Of a DNA stretch of 36,763 nucleotides, positions 17,550 to 27,726 are shown in pieces. The notes beneath the pieces were generated by a model. It searched no databases, was not told the origin of the DNA, and worked only from the letters and a program-made list of their open reading frames with translations. The stretch is from Methanothrix sp. (GTDB lineage: Archaea > Halobacteriota > Methanosarcinia > Methanotrichales > Methanotrichaceae), in the NCBI GenBank assembly GCA_028708055.1, contig JAQVZT010000001.1:1-36763 (forward strand), given 5' to 3'. Position 1 is the stretch's first letter. Every line of letters begins with the position of its first letter. A program made the position numbers and the translations under genes.

Positions 17550-18032
17550 ATGCGGATATCTCCTGGAAGACAAACTATCCTCACACTGGCGGTGCTGACG
17601 ATGCTCTGCATCTCCTTCGCAGATGCATTTTCATTGGATATGCCCACCACGCAAAAATATGCAGATACGTATAATAAACAGATCGAGAATGTACCCTCAG
17701 TTTTAAAGAGCTTGATCGGCAGCGAGAAGGTCAATATAATCGTAACCAGAGAAGATGGCAGCAATTTTCAAGTAGGCATGGACATAGTGAGCGCAAGGAT
17801 CGAGAGGACCGTTGAGGGCGGCATCAGCGACCCCACAATTGTAATAACCACCACACAGAGCGCTCTGGGCGAGGTAATAAAATCGACGGATCGGATAGCC
17901 GCATTTAAGAGTCAGACAGACGCAGGCCAGATTCGCTTTGAAGGGAAGAGCTGGCTGGCAAACGCCAAGATCAAGGCCCTTCTTTCCAGCACCAGCTTCC
18001 TGCAGTTCTGCTACGGCCTGTTCTTCAGCTAA
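17550..18032 (+). CDS. Secreted hypothetical protein (possible SCP2-like fold)
   Basis: Signal peptide MRISPGRQTILTLAVLTMLCISFADA; the ORF-track 5' extension is antisense to DUF373. Confidence 0.7.
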   Translation: MRISPGRQTILTLAVLTMLCISFADAFSLDMPTTQKYADTYNKQIENVPSVLKSLIGSEKVNIIVTREDGSNFQVGMDIVSARIERTVEGGISDPTIVITTTQSALGEVIKSTDRIAAFKSQTDAGQIRFEGKSWLANAKIKALLSSTSFLQFCYGLFFS

Positions 18033-18149
18033 TGGGAGAGACTGATGGCCAGGAAGTTCCTTCCCATTTTTGCCTGCTCGTCTAATCATCATAGTTTGAT
18101 TATAAACAAATCAAGTTTATCTTTACAATAGAAAGTAATATAGTCTCAT

Positions 18150-19295
18150 TTGCCCAATATGTCAAGCGAAATGTATGATCTGATCATTGCTGGTGCCGGA
18201 CCGGCCGGAGCGACGGCTGCGAGAGCTGCGGCATTGCAGGGTTTGGATACGCTCATCCTGGAAAAGCAGACATTTCCCAGGTACAAGCCATGCGGTGGCG
18301 CTCTCTCCAGCAAAGCGACTGCAATGCTGGATTTTTCGCTTCCCGGCAGCATTTGCGAGAGGGCCATAACTGGAGCGCGTGTTCATTTTAAGGATAGAGT
18401 ACTGGAGAAGCACAAGGGGTACAAACTCACCACTTTGATAGACCGCTCTCGATTCGATGACCTCCTCCTGCAAAAGGCAGAGGTGGCTGGAGCCGAAAAA
18501 GAAACCCAGAAGGTCATGGACTACTCGGAAAAGGACGGTTTCGTCTCGGTTAAGACCGATAAAGGAACTTACCAGAGCAGATTTCTGGTGATCGCCACCG
18601 GGTGCCAGGATGGGCTGAGGAGCCGAATCCGTGGCCGGGATGGCAGAGACTGTATGGGAATATGCCTTGTCTCCGATGTCAAAGAAGATGACGAGAAGAT
18701 AAGAGCGCGCCTGGCTGACACACTGGACATTCACTTCGGTGTGGCAGAGGGCGGATATGGGTGGATCTTTCCTCATCGGGGATACTATTCGGTGGGCATA
18801 GGTGGCATCTCATCTCGCCTGCATCATCCACGCCGGGCCATGTTGCAGTTTCTCAGGAAAAATGGTTTTTCTGAGAGGCAGGAGCTTCACGGCCACCAGA
18901 TACCTCAGGGTGGCAATAATAGACGATCCGCCCTGGGCAGGGTCCTTCTGGCCGGAGACGCCGCCGGGTTTGTGGATGCATTCACCGGAGAGGGCATCTA
19001 CTATGCACTCGCCTCTGGCAGGATAGCCGCCCAGGTGATTGGAGACGCATCAGCTCAGGAAGCTGATCAGGTCTACGAGAGGAGATGTGAGAAGGAATTC
19101 GGCGCAGAGCTGAGGTATGCCCTGTTCTTTTCCAAAATGATGCACCGCTATCCGGAAACATTTCTGCGCATCCTGGCCTGCCAGGAAGATGTTCTGGATA
19201 GATACATTGAGATTGCTGCCGCCAGGATATCTTACAGGGATTTTATGCGCTGGCTGATTCCCCGGCTTCCCATCAACCTGCTGCGGACTCTGTAA
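18150..19295 (+). CDS. Geranylgeranyl reductase-family FAD oxidoreductase
   Basis: IIAGAGPAG, PRYKPCGG, GYGWIFP, LAGDAAGFVDAFTGEGIYYA; start may be 18159 or 18171. Confidence 0.9.
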   Translation: MPNMSSEMYDLIIAGAGPAGATAARAAALQGLDTLILEKQTFPRYKPCGGALSSKATAMLDFSLPGSICERAITGARVHFKDRVLEKHKGYKLTTLIDRSRFDDLLLQKAEVAGAEKETQKVMDYSEKDGFVSVKTDKGTYQSRFLVIATGCQDGLRSRIRGRDGRDCMGICLVSDVKEDDEKIRARLADTLDIHFGVAEGGYGWIFPHRGYYSVGIGGISSRLHHPRRAMLQFLRKNGFSERQELHGHQIPQGGNNRRSALGRVLLAGDAAGFVDAFTGEGIYYALASGRIAAQVIGDASAQEADQVYERRCEKEFGAELRYALFFSKMMHRYPETFLRILACQEDVLDRYIEIAAARISYRDFMRWLIPRLPINLLRTL

Positions 19296-19388
19296 TCAGG
19301 GAAAATATCTGGGAAAGGGTCCGGGAAAAATCAAGGAAATATTCAGGGAGAAATTCAAGAAGAAATCCGGGAGAAATCAGGAAAAAGA
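19295..19388. repeat. Degenerate ~12-nt tandem repeat between convergent genes
   Basis: About eight TC(A/C)GGGA(G/A)AAA-like units. Confidence 0.55.
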
Positions 19389-19391
19389 GGT

Positions 19392-19727
<336 letters not shown>

Positions 19728-19754
19728 TCACCGCTTTGGCGCCTTTCAGGCAAT

Positions 19755-20969
19755 TCACGCATAGGCCTTCTCGCCGTGCTGGGAGATATCAAGGCCAACG
19801 TATTCCTCCTCCTCTGTGACCCTCAAACCCATCACCTGGTCAACGATCCTGGCCAGGATGTAGGTCATGACGAAGGCATAGACAACTGATGCACCGGCAG
19901 CCATTATCTGTACCGCGAATTGATTAAAGTTGCCGTAGATCAGGCCGGTATAGCTGTTGACTGAGGCGGTGGCGAATATGCCCGTGGCAATCGCTCCCCA
20001 GAGGCCGCCCATGCCGTGAACCGCCCAGGCATCGCAGCTCTCGTCCAGGCCGCGACCGACGCGGTAGAGCAGGGCCATGTAGCAGAGCACACCAGCGACA
20101 GCGCCTATGGCGATAGCCCCGGTGACATCAACATATCCTGCGGCAGGCGTTATGGCCACCAGACCCGCTATTCCGCCGCTCACCATTCCCAGAGCGCTGG
20201 GCTTTCCTTTCAGCCAGCTGGCCAAAAGCCAGGTGAGTGCTCCGGCAGCAGCCGAGGTGTTGGTGACCAGCAGCGCGGAAGCGGCAAGGCTGTTGGCCCC
20301 GAGGGCGGAGCCGGCGTTGAAGCCGAACCAGCCGAACCAGAGCAGTCCGGCGCCGATCATGGCCATGGGAATGTTATGGGGCTCCATGATGTATGAGCCG
20401 TAGCCGATTCTTTTTCCTATGACCAAGGCAATGGCCAGAGCGGAAAAGCCGGAGCTTATGTGCACCACAGTTCCACCGGCAAAGTCCAGAGCACCCATCT
20501 GGGCCATCCAGCCGCCAGCCCAGACCCAGTGAGCCAGAGGATCATAGACCAGAGTGGTCCAGAGCAGAGCCAGCACAATGAATGAGCTGAGCCGGATCCT
20601 TTCTGCAACGGCTGAGGTGAGGATGGCTAGCGTCACAGCAGCAAAGACCAGCTGGAATGCCACATAGATCAGGTGGGGAATATTTCCGGCCAGAGGCGCT
20701 TCGCCCAATCCCACGCCGCTCAATGCAAAGTAGTTCAGCCCGCCGATGATCCCGGATATATCTGAGCCGAAGGCCAGGCTGTAGCCGAACAGCACCCATT
20801 GGATGCTGGCGATGGCAAAAGCCAGGAAGGACAGACCGATCATCGAGACGACGGTCTTGCTGCGCACCAAGCCGCCATAGAATAAACCTACACCTGGCGT
20901 CATGAGCATGACCATGGCTGTTGAAACCAGAACCCAGGCTGTGTCTCCACTATTAATCTCCAACTGCAT
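19755..20969 (-). CDS. amtB: Ammonium transporter
   Basis: [36 protein letters not shown]; start 20963-20978 uncertain. Confidence 0.96.
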   Translation of the reverse strand: MQLEINSGDTAWVLVSTAMVMLMTPGVGLFYGGLVRSKTVVSMIGLSFLAFAIASIQWVLFGYSLAFGSDISGIIGGLNYFALSGVGLGEAPLAGNIPHLIYVAFQLVFAAVTLAILTSAVAERIRLSSFIVLALLWTTLVYDPLAHWVWAGGWMAQMGALDFAGGTVVHISSGFSALAIALVIGKRIGYGSYIMEPHNIPMAMIGAGLLWFGWFGFNAGSALGANSLAASALLVTNTSAAAGALTWLLASWLKGKPSALGMVSGGIAGLVAITPAAGYVDVTGAIAIGAVAGVLCYMALLYRVGRGLDESCDAWAVHGMGGLWGAIATGIFATASVNSYTGLIYGNFNQFAVQIMAAGASVVYAFVMTYILARIVDQVMGLRVTEEEEYVGLDISQHGEKAYA

Positions 20970-21508
20970 CACCCTCAATAAATTGTATAGCTTAACCTAT
21001 TTAATTTTTGTATTAATTCAATGGCCTGTGCAAAGATCCATCCGCACATTGCTAGGAGAACCCTATTCAAGGCAGTTAAAAGGGTATTTAATCGAAAATC
21101 AGAATCCCTCAGATCTATTCATATCCATTCATAACCAGAAAAGCCTGCAATCACCTGCTATATGATTTTAAATCTGAATATATTTTTGAGAACATTTCCT
21201 AAAGTCACATAAAACAGCGACCCTTATATGAATGAATGACCCAGAGAACTACAAATAATAATTATGATATTAATATAGTTATCTTTTTAAATCAGTTGAC
21301 AATAGCCTTGGAGAAATGCTGCAAAGAGAAATAGAAAACAGTGGACTGGGGATCAGTGAACTGGAAAGCTGAGAGCTGAAATGAATATCGCTGGAGTGAA
21401 TGGAACTGGAACAGAGCAAAATGAAACGGGATGAAAAATGCCCGCGAAATTGCAGCCGGCTTTGCATAAGGCAGGCGGAGGTCGGCGCTCTGGACGATCC
21501 GGAGAATG

Positions 21509-22216
21509 CTATCTCTCGCCGTCCGGGTCCTCGCCCAGGCCCCAGCTCAAAACATCTTCTGCGCTGGCATGCTGAGCGATCTTTCCCTGCTCCAGAAGGC
21601 AGGCCTGATCTCCCATGCTGGCCACATCTCTCAGGTCATGAGTCACAATGATGCAGGGGACAGCGCAGGCGCGAATTGTCTCCCTCAGCTCCCGCCTCAT
21701 GGTGGCCTGTTTTCGTACGTCCAGGGCGGAAAGAGGCTCATCCAGCAGAAGGAGGCGGGGCTCGATGATAAGCGCTCTTGCCAGTGCCGCTCTCTGCTTC
21801 TGGCCGCCGGAAACGTTCGCCGCTTTTGCTGCTCTTATCTCCCAGAGCCCTGCCGCCTCTAATTTCTCCTTCACCAGAATTTTGATCTCGGCTGCGGCCA
21901 ATCTGCGGGTGCGCAGTCCGAATGCCACATTGTCGTAGATGCTCATGTGAGGAAAGAGGGCATAGCTTTGAAAGACATATCCGATGCCCCTGAATTCCGG
22001 CGGAACGTTTATCCCATCCTCCGAATCAAAGAGCTCTCTCCCGTCCAGCGCGATCCTTCCGCTGTCGGGATCATCAAGGCCGGCCACTAAGTTAAGCAGG
22101 GTGGTTTTGCCGCAGCCGTTGTCGCCTACCAGCATGAGCGTCTGGCCTCTCGCGACATCCAGCTTAACTGCTAAATCGAAATCTCTGAGCCGCTTTTTAA
22201 TGTTGATCTCTAGCAT
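21509..22216 (-). CDS. modC: Molybdate ABC transporter ATPase
   Basis: GDNGCGKTT, VSGGQKQR, LLLDEP, VTHD; follows modB. Confidence 0.85.
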   Translation of the reverse strand: MLEINIKKRLRDFDLAVKLDVARGQTLMLVGDNGCGKTTLLNLVAGLDDPDSGRIALDGRELFDSEDGINVPPEFRGIGYVFQSYALFPHMSIYDNVAFGLRTRRLAAAEIKILVKEKLEAAGLWEIRAAKAANVSGGQKQRAALARALIIEPRLLLLDEPLSALDVRKQATMRRELRETIRACAVPCIIVTHDLRDVASMGDQACLLEQGKIAQHASAEDVLSWGLGEDPDGER

Positions 22217-23094
22217 CTCCTGGTAACCCTCCTGGTCATGGTTCTCACCAGAATTATGACCATAAATGAGATGGCCACCAGTATTATGGACAGACAGAGA
22301 GAGACGTCTAAGTCTCCCTGCATGGCAGTGTAGATGGCCAGAGGCATGGTCTGGGTGCGGCCCTGAAAGTTTCCGGCAAACATGATGGTAGCTCCGAATT
22401 CGCCCAGTGAGCGGGCGAAAGCCATGATGGCTCCGGAGATCAGGCCGTTCATGGCGATGGGCAGAATGACATGAAAAAAAGCATAGACCCGGCCGGCACC
22501 CAAGGTGCGGGCCGCGTTTTCAAAGGATATGTCCACGTCTTCAAAGCTCGTCCTTGCCTGGCGGATGTAAAACGGCGATGAGACGAAGACCTGGGCCATT
22601 ATCACCGCCAGGGTGGTGAAAGCGATGCTGATTCCAAAGGCATTCAGGTAGTGGCCCACGATCCCCATCCTTCCAAAGGCCATAAGCAGGGCAATTCCGG
22701 CCACCGCGGGCGGCATGATAACCGGCAGGTCGATTAATGAGTCTGCTACCTCTTTGCCGAAGTAGTGAAAACGGGCGCTGACGTAGGCTATCGGCGTTCC
22801 AAAGATAACCACAACCGTTGTGGTCAGGGCCGATGTTGTCAGGCTGAGCCGGAGAGCATCCAGCGCCATAGGATCGCGCAGTGATTGCAGTGTCGTCTCC
22901 AGTGGGCTCTTTAAAAATAGGGCGATCACCGGCAGAGCTATGAAGGACATGGCAATGATCAGCAGGACGGCAATGCCTGCCTTCAGAGAAGCCCTCGCCA
23001 GGCGGTTTGAGATGCCGATGAACTCATGATCCCGGTTTGCCGTCTCGCGCTCAGTGATCAATTCCGTTTGATTGCAGGCCATTTCGTGAGGCAT
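22210..23094 (-). CDS. modB: Molybdate ABC transporter permease
   Basis: DLPVIMPPAVAG, ENAARTLGA, ARSLGEFGATIMFAGN; start uncertain. Confidence 0.9.
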   Translation of the reverse strand: MPHEMACNQTELITERETANRDHEFIGISNRLARASLKAGIAVLLIIAMSFIALPVIALFLKSPLETTLQSLRDPMALDALRLSLTTSALTTTVVVIFGTPIAYVSARFHYFGKEVADSLIDLPVIMPPAVAGIALLMAFGRMGIVGHYLNAFGISIAFTTLAVIMAQVFVSSPFYIRQARTSFEDVDISFENAARTLGAGRVYAFFHVILPIAMNGLISGAIMAFARSLGEFGATIMFAGNFQGRTQTMPLAIYTAMQGDLDVSLCLSIILVAISFMVIILVRTMTRRVTRRC

Positions 23095-23280
23095 TCTTAA
23101 GGCATACTCCTCTGGATAATGATCTAGCCGCGATACATCTGCATAAAGCTTTGGACCTGGGCATTGAGCATCGCTCTTTTCAGGATCACATTTTTGCCTG
23201 CGTTCCCATAAAGAGCTTACGGATCAGGCTGCAACTTTACCGACCGGTTTGTGAAGTGATGCCATAGCCTCCAATCAGGA

Positions 23281-23658
23281 TCAGATCTCAATGGAAAAAA
23301 CTGCCCAGTCGAGCTGCTTGATAGCGCCCCAGAGGTCAAATGACATCTTCATCAAACCATATTTTCGGTAGAGCTTCTGACTGATTTTGATCTCAATATC
23401 TCCGTTGGCCCGGATTGCAGTGCCCTCGATGGTCACACCGTGGGGCTTGCCCAGCGGGTCGGAGGGCGTAACCCGGACATGGGGATTATTGCGCATCCGT
23501 TTGACCTTGCCGCTGTTGGCATAGGATCGGACGAAGAGCCGGCCTTCATCAACCACAAACCAGACGGGCGTGGGAATGAACTGCCCGTTCCGCTTCATGG
23601 TTTCAAGCCTTATATACTCCTTATTCTGAAACTGCTCCAGCCGGTAGTCATCTCTCAT
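23281..23658 (-). CDS. PPOX-class putative F420-dependent oxidoreductase (split beta-barrel)
   Basis: LET.KRNG...TPVWF...SGKVKR.RNNP.V; ATGA overlap with the nifN stop. Confidence 0.85.
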   Translation of the reverse strand: MRDDYRLEQFQNKEYIRLETMKRNGQFIPTPVWFVVDEGRLFVRSYANSGKVKRMRNNPHVRVTPSDPLGKPHGVTIEGTAIRANGDIEIKISQKLYRKYGLMKMSFDLWGAIKQLDWAVFSIEI

Positions 23659-24971
23659 GCCGGTATCCTCTCTCTGCTTTCCAGCAGGACGTTGGCCATA
23701 TCCTCCACCAGATTCATCGAGCCCTCATAACCGAGGAGCAGCTGATGGGAGGCTCCGAAGCGATCGTGGTTTGGCAGTCCCACCCTCAAGAGCGGTATAT
23801 TGCTTTTCCTGGCAATCCTCCGTCCGGTGAAAGGCCCCACCAGAAGCTCGATATCCCGGCTTTTCGCTTCCTCCGCAATCTGGGAGAAATCGGCTCCCAT
23901 CGAAACCTTAGAGCCTGGCGCAATCTCCGCCGCCTTTTCTGCAAACGCAGGATTTGCCGCTCCTGTGGCCACAATCTGCGGATTCATGCCCACTTCCATC
24001 ATAATCCGGGTTATCCCCAGGACCATCTCTGTGTCCCCGTAGACCGCCGTCCTGACATCAGCCAGAATCTTATGGGCATCCACCATGGTGTCCAGCAGCC
24101 GTCCCCTTTGCCGCTCATAGCTCTCCGGCATGGGCATCCCGGTCAGCTCTTCAAGGGTGGCAGCCAGGCGATCGGCAAATTCAAGGCTTATGGGCAGGGG
24201 AAGGGCAACATGAGGAATCTTGAACTCCTTTTCCAGGTAGTCGCCTGCACCTGGCTCCTGGACCCATCCTCCGATGGTCAGAGTCGCTCTTGAATTGGCC
24301 GTATCCCGGACGTCTTCCAGGGGCGTTCCCCCTTTGGGGATGAGCGGCAGATCGCTGCTGAGGGTCGCATCAAATGTCTCAGATATGTCCGGCATCAGAA
24401 TATAGCCCATGCCCCAGTCGTCAAAGAGCCTCTTCAGGAAGCGAACATCTGCTGGGGAGATGATCGATCCCACCAGGATGTTGATGCGCCCGTTTGGCTT
24501 CGACTTTGCGGCCATGGTCTGGACCAAGCCCTTGAGAGCCACCCGGTAGCCTACCTCATGAGATGCAGCGTAGCTGGGAGTTGATACCGGGACGATGACG
24601 ACATCCTTTGCCAGCGGTTCCTGCGCCTGAAACTCCCTGACGATCTGGGGCACGTCGTCCCCGATGGTTTCAGCTAGACAGGTGGTGGCAATGCCGATTA
24701 CCTTCGGGTTGTATCCCTTGATGACATTTCTCAGTCCCTGCATGAGATTGGCGGAGCCTCCGTAGACTGCTCCCTTCTCGTTTAGAGCGGTGGATGCAAT
24801 GTCCACCGGCTCACGGAAGTGATGGGCGAGGTACAGGCGCATGTAGGTGCTGCACCCCTGCGAGCCGTGGAAGAGGGGCATGCAGCCCTCAATTCCCCGG
24901 AATACAAGGACGCTGCCCATGGGCATGCACATGGAGCAGGGATTAACTGTGGCAAGGCTCTTTGATATCAT
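23655..24971 (-). CDS. nifN: Nitrogenase FeMo-co scaffold subunit NifN
   Basis: VNPCSMCMPMG, HGSQGCSTY, TTCLAETIGDD; GGAGG SD before ATG 24971; follows nifE. Confidence 0.9.
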   Translation of the reverse strand: MISKSLATVNPCSMCMPMGSVLVFRGIEGCMPLFHGSQGCSTYMRLYLAHHFREPVDIASTALNEKGAVYGGSANLMQGLRNVIKGYNPKVIGIATTCLAETIGDDVPQIVREFQAQEPLAKDVVIVPVSTPSYAASHEVGYRVALKGLVQTMAAKSKPNGRINILVGSIISPADVRFLKRLFDDWGMGYILMPDISETFDATLSSDLPLIPKGGTPLEDVRDTANSRATLTIGGWVQEPGAGDYLEKEFKIPHVALPLPISLEFADRLAATLEELTGMPMPESYERQRGRLLDTMVDAHKILADVRTAVYGDTEMVLGITRIMMEVGMNPQIVATGAANPAFAEKAAEIAPGSKVSMGADFSQIAEEAKSRDIELLVGPFTGRRIARKSNIPLLRVGLPNHDRFGASHQLLLGYEGSMNLVEDMANVLLESRERIPA

Positions 24972-26358
24972 CGCTGACCTCCTGTACTGATGCAAATTGC
25001 GATCCTCTGCCAGTGCAGCTGGCTCTCTTCACGGCAAGCTGCCATACCGGGCTGTTGATGGTAATGCTGACCTCTCTCGCGAAGTTTTCCATACCCTCAA
25101 AGCCCTCGAAGTTGACAGTTCGATCATGATTGAAATCACAGAATGCAATCCCCATTTTGTAGGCCAGGAAACGCTCTTTGACTCCTGCCACCAGGAGGTC
25201 CGCATTCTGCTTGATGAGAAGCTCTTTTAGTTCTAGCGGATTGGCATCATCTATGATCACAGTTCCTTCTTTTATGATGTAAGCGATATTTTGGTAGTCC
25301 TCGCGACTGCCGGTTTGCGTTCCAATTATCACGACCTCCATTCCCAGCTCCTGGAACGCCCGGACGAGAGAGACGGCTTTGGCTGCGCCGCCCATGTAAA
25401 TTGCCGCCTTCTTTCCGGCAACCTTCGCTCGATAAGCTTCGATTCGGGGCGCTACCTCCCGGCTCTTCTTAAGGATGATCTCCTCTGCCTTCTCTGCCAT
25501 CTTCTCCGAGGCAAAGAACTGCGCTGCTTGCCGCAGGGCGTTTGACATATCCTGCAGGCCGAAGAAGCTGATTCGCTTGTAGGGAATTCCATATTTTTCC
25601 TGCATGATCTTGGCGAGATAGGTCATGGAGCCGCTGCATTGCACCAGATTGAGCTGAGCCGTGTGAGCCCTCTCTATCTCAGCTACGCGAGCGTCACCGG
25701 TAAGAGTTGCCACCACATCGAGGCCCATCTCCTGAAAGAGGGGTTTGACGAACTGCAGATCGTCCGCCACATTGTATTCTCCCAGCAGGTTGATGGAAGG
25801 GTGCCTGGGCTGATAGTCACGCCTTCCGATTAGCTCGCTCAGGGCATTGCAGGCTGCTTTGTAGCCCTCGTTTTTGCTGCCCCGAAATCCTTCAGATCTC
25901 ACAGGCACGACCGGTATGCACAGCTCCTCGCTTGCCTTTTTGCAGATGGTTATCAGATCGTCTCCAATAATTCCTACTATGCAGGTGGAATAGACAAAGA
26001 TGGCCGGAGGATGGTACATCTCCGCCAGCTCCCGCAAAGATGCCGCCAGCTTCTTCTCTCCTCCGAAGATCACATCCAGCTCCTTCATGTCTGTAGAGAA
26101 GCTGTTTCTGTAGAGATCGGGGCCTGAGGAGGTGCTGCCCCGAATGTCCCAGGTGTAGCTGGCGCAGCCTATGGGCCCATGCACCAGATGCAGGGCATCG
26201 GTGATGGGATTGAGCACCACTCTCGCTCCGGAGTAGACGCATGCCCTCTGGCTCACAGCTCCGGCCAGGCTCTCGGTGTTGCAGGCCAGAGGCATGCTCT
26301 GTTCGCCTTTTTGGGCAATATGCCCTTCCCTGCCATCAAAGATGTTAACAATGCTCAT
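24943..26358 (-). CDS. nifE: Nitrogenase FeMo-co scaffold subunit NifE
   Basis: SQRACVYSGA, HGPIGCASY, YSTCIVG, LNLVQCSGS. Confidence 0.92.
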   Translation of the reverse strand: MSIVNIFDGREGHIAQKGEQSMPLACNTESLAGAVSQRACVYSGARVVLNPITDALHLVHGPIGCASYTWDIRGSTSSGPDLYRNSFSTDMKELDVIFGGEKKLAASLRELAEMYHPPAIFVYSTCIVGIIGDDLITICKKASEELCIPVVPVRSEGFRGSKNEGYKAACNALSELIGRRDYQPRHPSINLLGEYNVADDLQFVKPLFQEMGLDVVATLTGDARVAEIERAHTAQLNLVQCSGSMTYLAKIMQEKYGIPYKRISFFGLQDMSNALRQAAQFFASEKMAEKAEEIILKKSREVAPRIEAYRAKVAGKKAAIYMGGAAKAVSLVRAFQELGMEVVIIGTQTGSREDYQNIAYIIKEGTVIIDDANPLELKELLIKQNADLLVAGVKERFLAYKMGIAFCDFNHDRTVNFEGFEGMENFAREVSITINSPVWQLAVKRASCTGRGSQFASVQEVSDDIKEPCHS

Positions 26359-26367
26359 GCCAGTCCC

Positions 26368-27726
26368 CTAAAGGATCATCTCGAAATGCGTATCATCCGA
26401 GTCTCTGTCCCTTCTTTCCAGGAAGGTGTTGCCGATCATCTCCACCAATCGAGCAGCACCGGCGTATCCGATGATTGGGAAATAATGCAGGTTGGCCCGA
26501 TCTGTGATGGGGAAGCCCACCCGCACAAATGGGAGGTCTTCGGCCCGGGCGATCAATTTCCCATAGGTGTTGCCGATCAGCATATCCACCGGATGGTTCT
26601 TGATCTTTTGATGGAGCAGGAAGGTGTCACCTTGCAGTGCCTCGCAATCGGATGATAGGTTATGCACCTCTTCAGCAAACTTCTTGTCCGGCGTTCCGGT
26701 GAGAGCAAAGACCGGATTCATGCCCATCTCCACAGCCAGGCTGACCAGACCGATAACGGTATCCGGGTCTCCGAATATGGCGAGGTCCTTGCCGTGGAAA
26801 TGAGGATGAGCATCGGTCATCATATCCACCAGCCGGCCCCGTTCGTACTCGATAGCCTCCGGTACGGGAAGGCCCATGAGGCTGGAGACCGACATAACAA
26901 AGGCATCGGTGTTTCTGATGCCGATGGGCATGGGGCCTATGATCGCGGGTATGCCGAACTTGCCCTTCAGGACCATGGCACCTGAGGCTCCGGCGGTTCT
27001 TCCGAGGGCAATGGTCGCCCGGGAGTTTCCGGCGTCAACCAGATCAGGTATAGTTGTTCCGCCCGGCGGGTAGAGGCCTCCCGACTCAGGAGTAAGTGGC
27101 GCGTCGAAGACATCGGTGGTATCGGGAAATACGATCGACGAGACTCCCATGATGCTGAGCAGCCTCTTGATCTCCCGGATGTCTCCCGGGTCCACGAAAC
27201 CGGGGATGATGTTCAGCTTTCCGTTGGGCTTGCTCTTCCTGGGAAAGGTCTGGGCGATGGCTTTGACCGCATTGTCATATCCTGTGATATGCGAGCCCAC
27301 GTAGCTGGGGGTGCTGGCTATGACCACTTTCGTCTTGGGATCGAAGAACTCCTCTTCCTTGATCTCCTCCATGAAGCTGCCTACATCGTCTCCTATGGTT
27401 TCAGAGGAGCAGGTAGTGTTTATGGCCAGCACATCGGGGTGATAGATGTTGACCACGTTGTTTACTGCCTCCTTGAGGTTGTTTCTGCCTCCAAAGACCA
27501 CCGAATCCTCGGTGAATGAGGATGTTGCCGCCAGTGTTGGCTCGCGGTAGTGGCGGGCCAGCACCATGCGCAGGTAAGAGGAGCAACCCTGCGAGCCATG
27601 AGTGATTGGCATGCAGTTGTGGATGCCTTTGTAGGCCAGAATGGCCCCGATCGGCTGGCAGATTTTAGCAGGGTTTATGACCAGCGTTTCGCGTTCGGCC
27701 ATCTGTTTGGGTGTGTAATCAAGCAT
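26368..27726 (-). CDS. nifK: Nitrogenase MoFe protein beta chain
   Basis: INPAKICQPIG, HGSQGCSSY, TTCSSETIGDD, TPSYVGSHITGYD. Confidence 0.95.
   Translation of the reverse strand: MLDYTPKQMAERETLVINPAKICQPIGAILAYKGIHNCMPITHGSQGCSSYLRMVLARHYREPTLAATSSFTEDSVVFGGRNNLKEAVNNVVNIYHPDVLAINTTCSSETIGDDVGSFMEEIKEEEFFDPKTKVVIASTPSYVGSHITGYDNAVKAIAQTFPRKSKPNGKLNIIPGFVDPGDIREIKRLLSIMGVSSIVFPDTTDVFDAPLTPESGGLYPPGGTTIPDLVDAGNSRATIALGRTAGASGAMVLKGKFGIPAIIGPMPIGIRNTDAFVMSVSSLMGLPVPEAIEYERGRLVDMMTDAHPHFHGKDLAIFGDPDTVIGLVSLAVEMGMNPVFALTGTPDKKFAEEVHNLSSDCEALQGDTFLLHQKIKNHPVDMLIGNTYGKLIARAEDLPFVRVGFPITDRANLHYFPIIGYAGAARLVEMIGNTFLERRDRDSDDTHFEMIL

Noticed and set aside
19295-19388. CRISPR array
   Set aside because: Units are ~12 nt, degenerate and have no spacers; no CRISPR array, tRNA or rRNA was recognised anywhere in the window.
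23224-23226. Selenocysteine or readthrough TGA extending modB
   Set aside because: No SECIS evidence, the extension resembles no domain I know, and a 43-codon open stretch can occur by chance.
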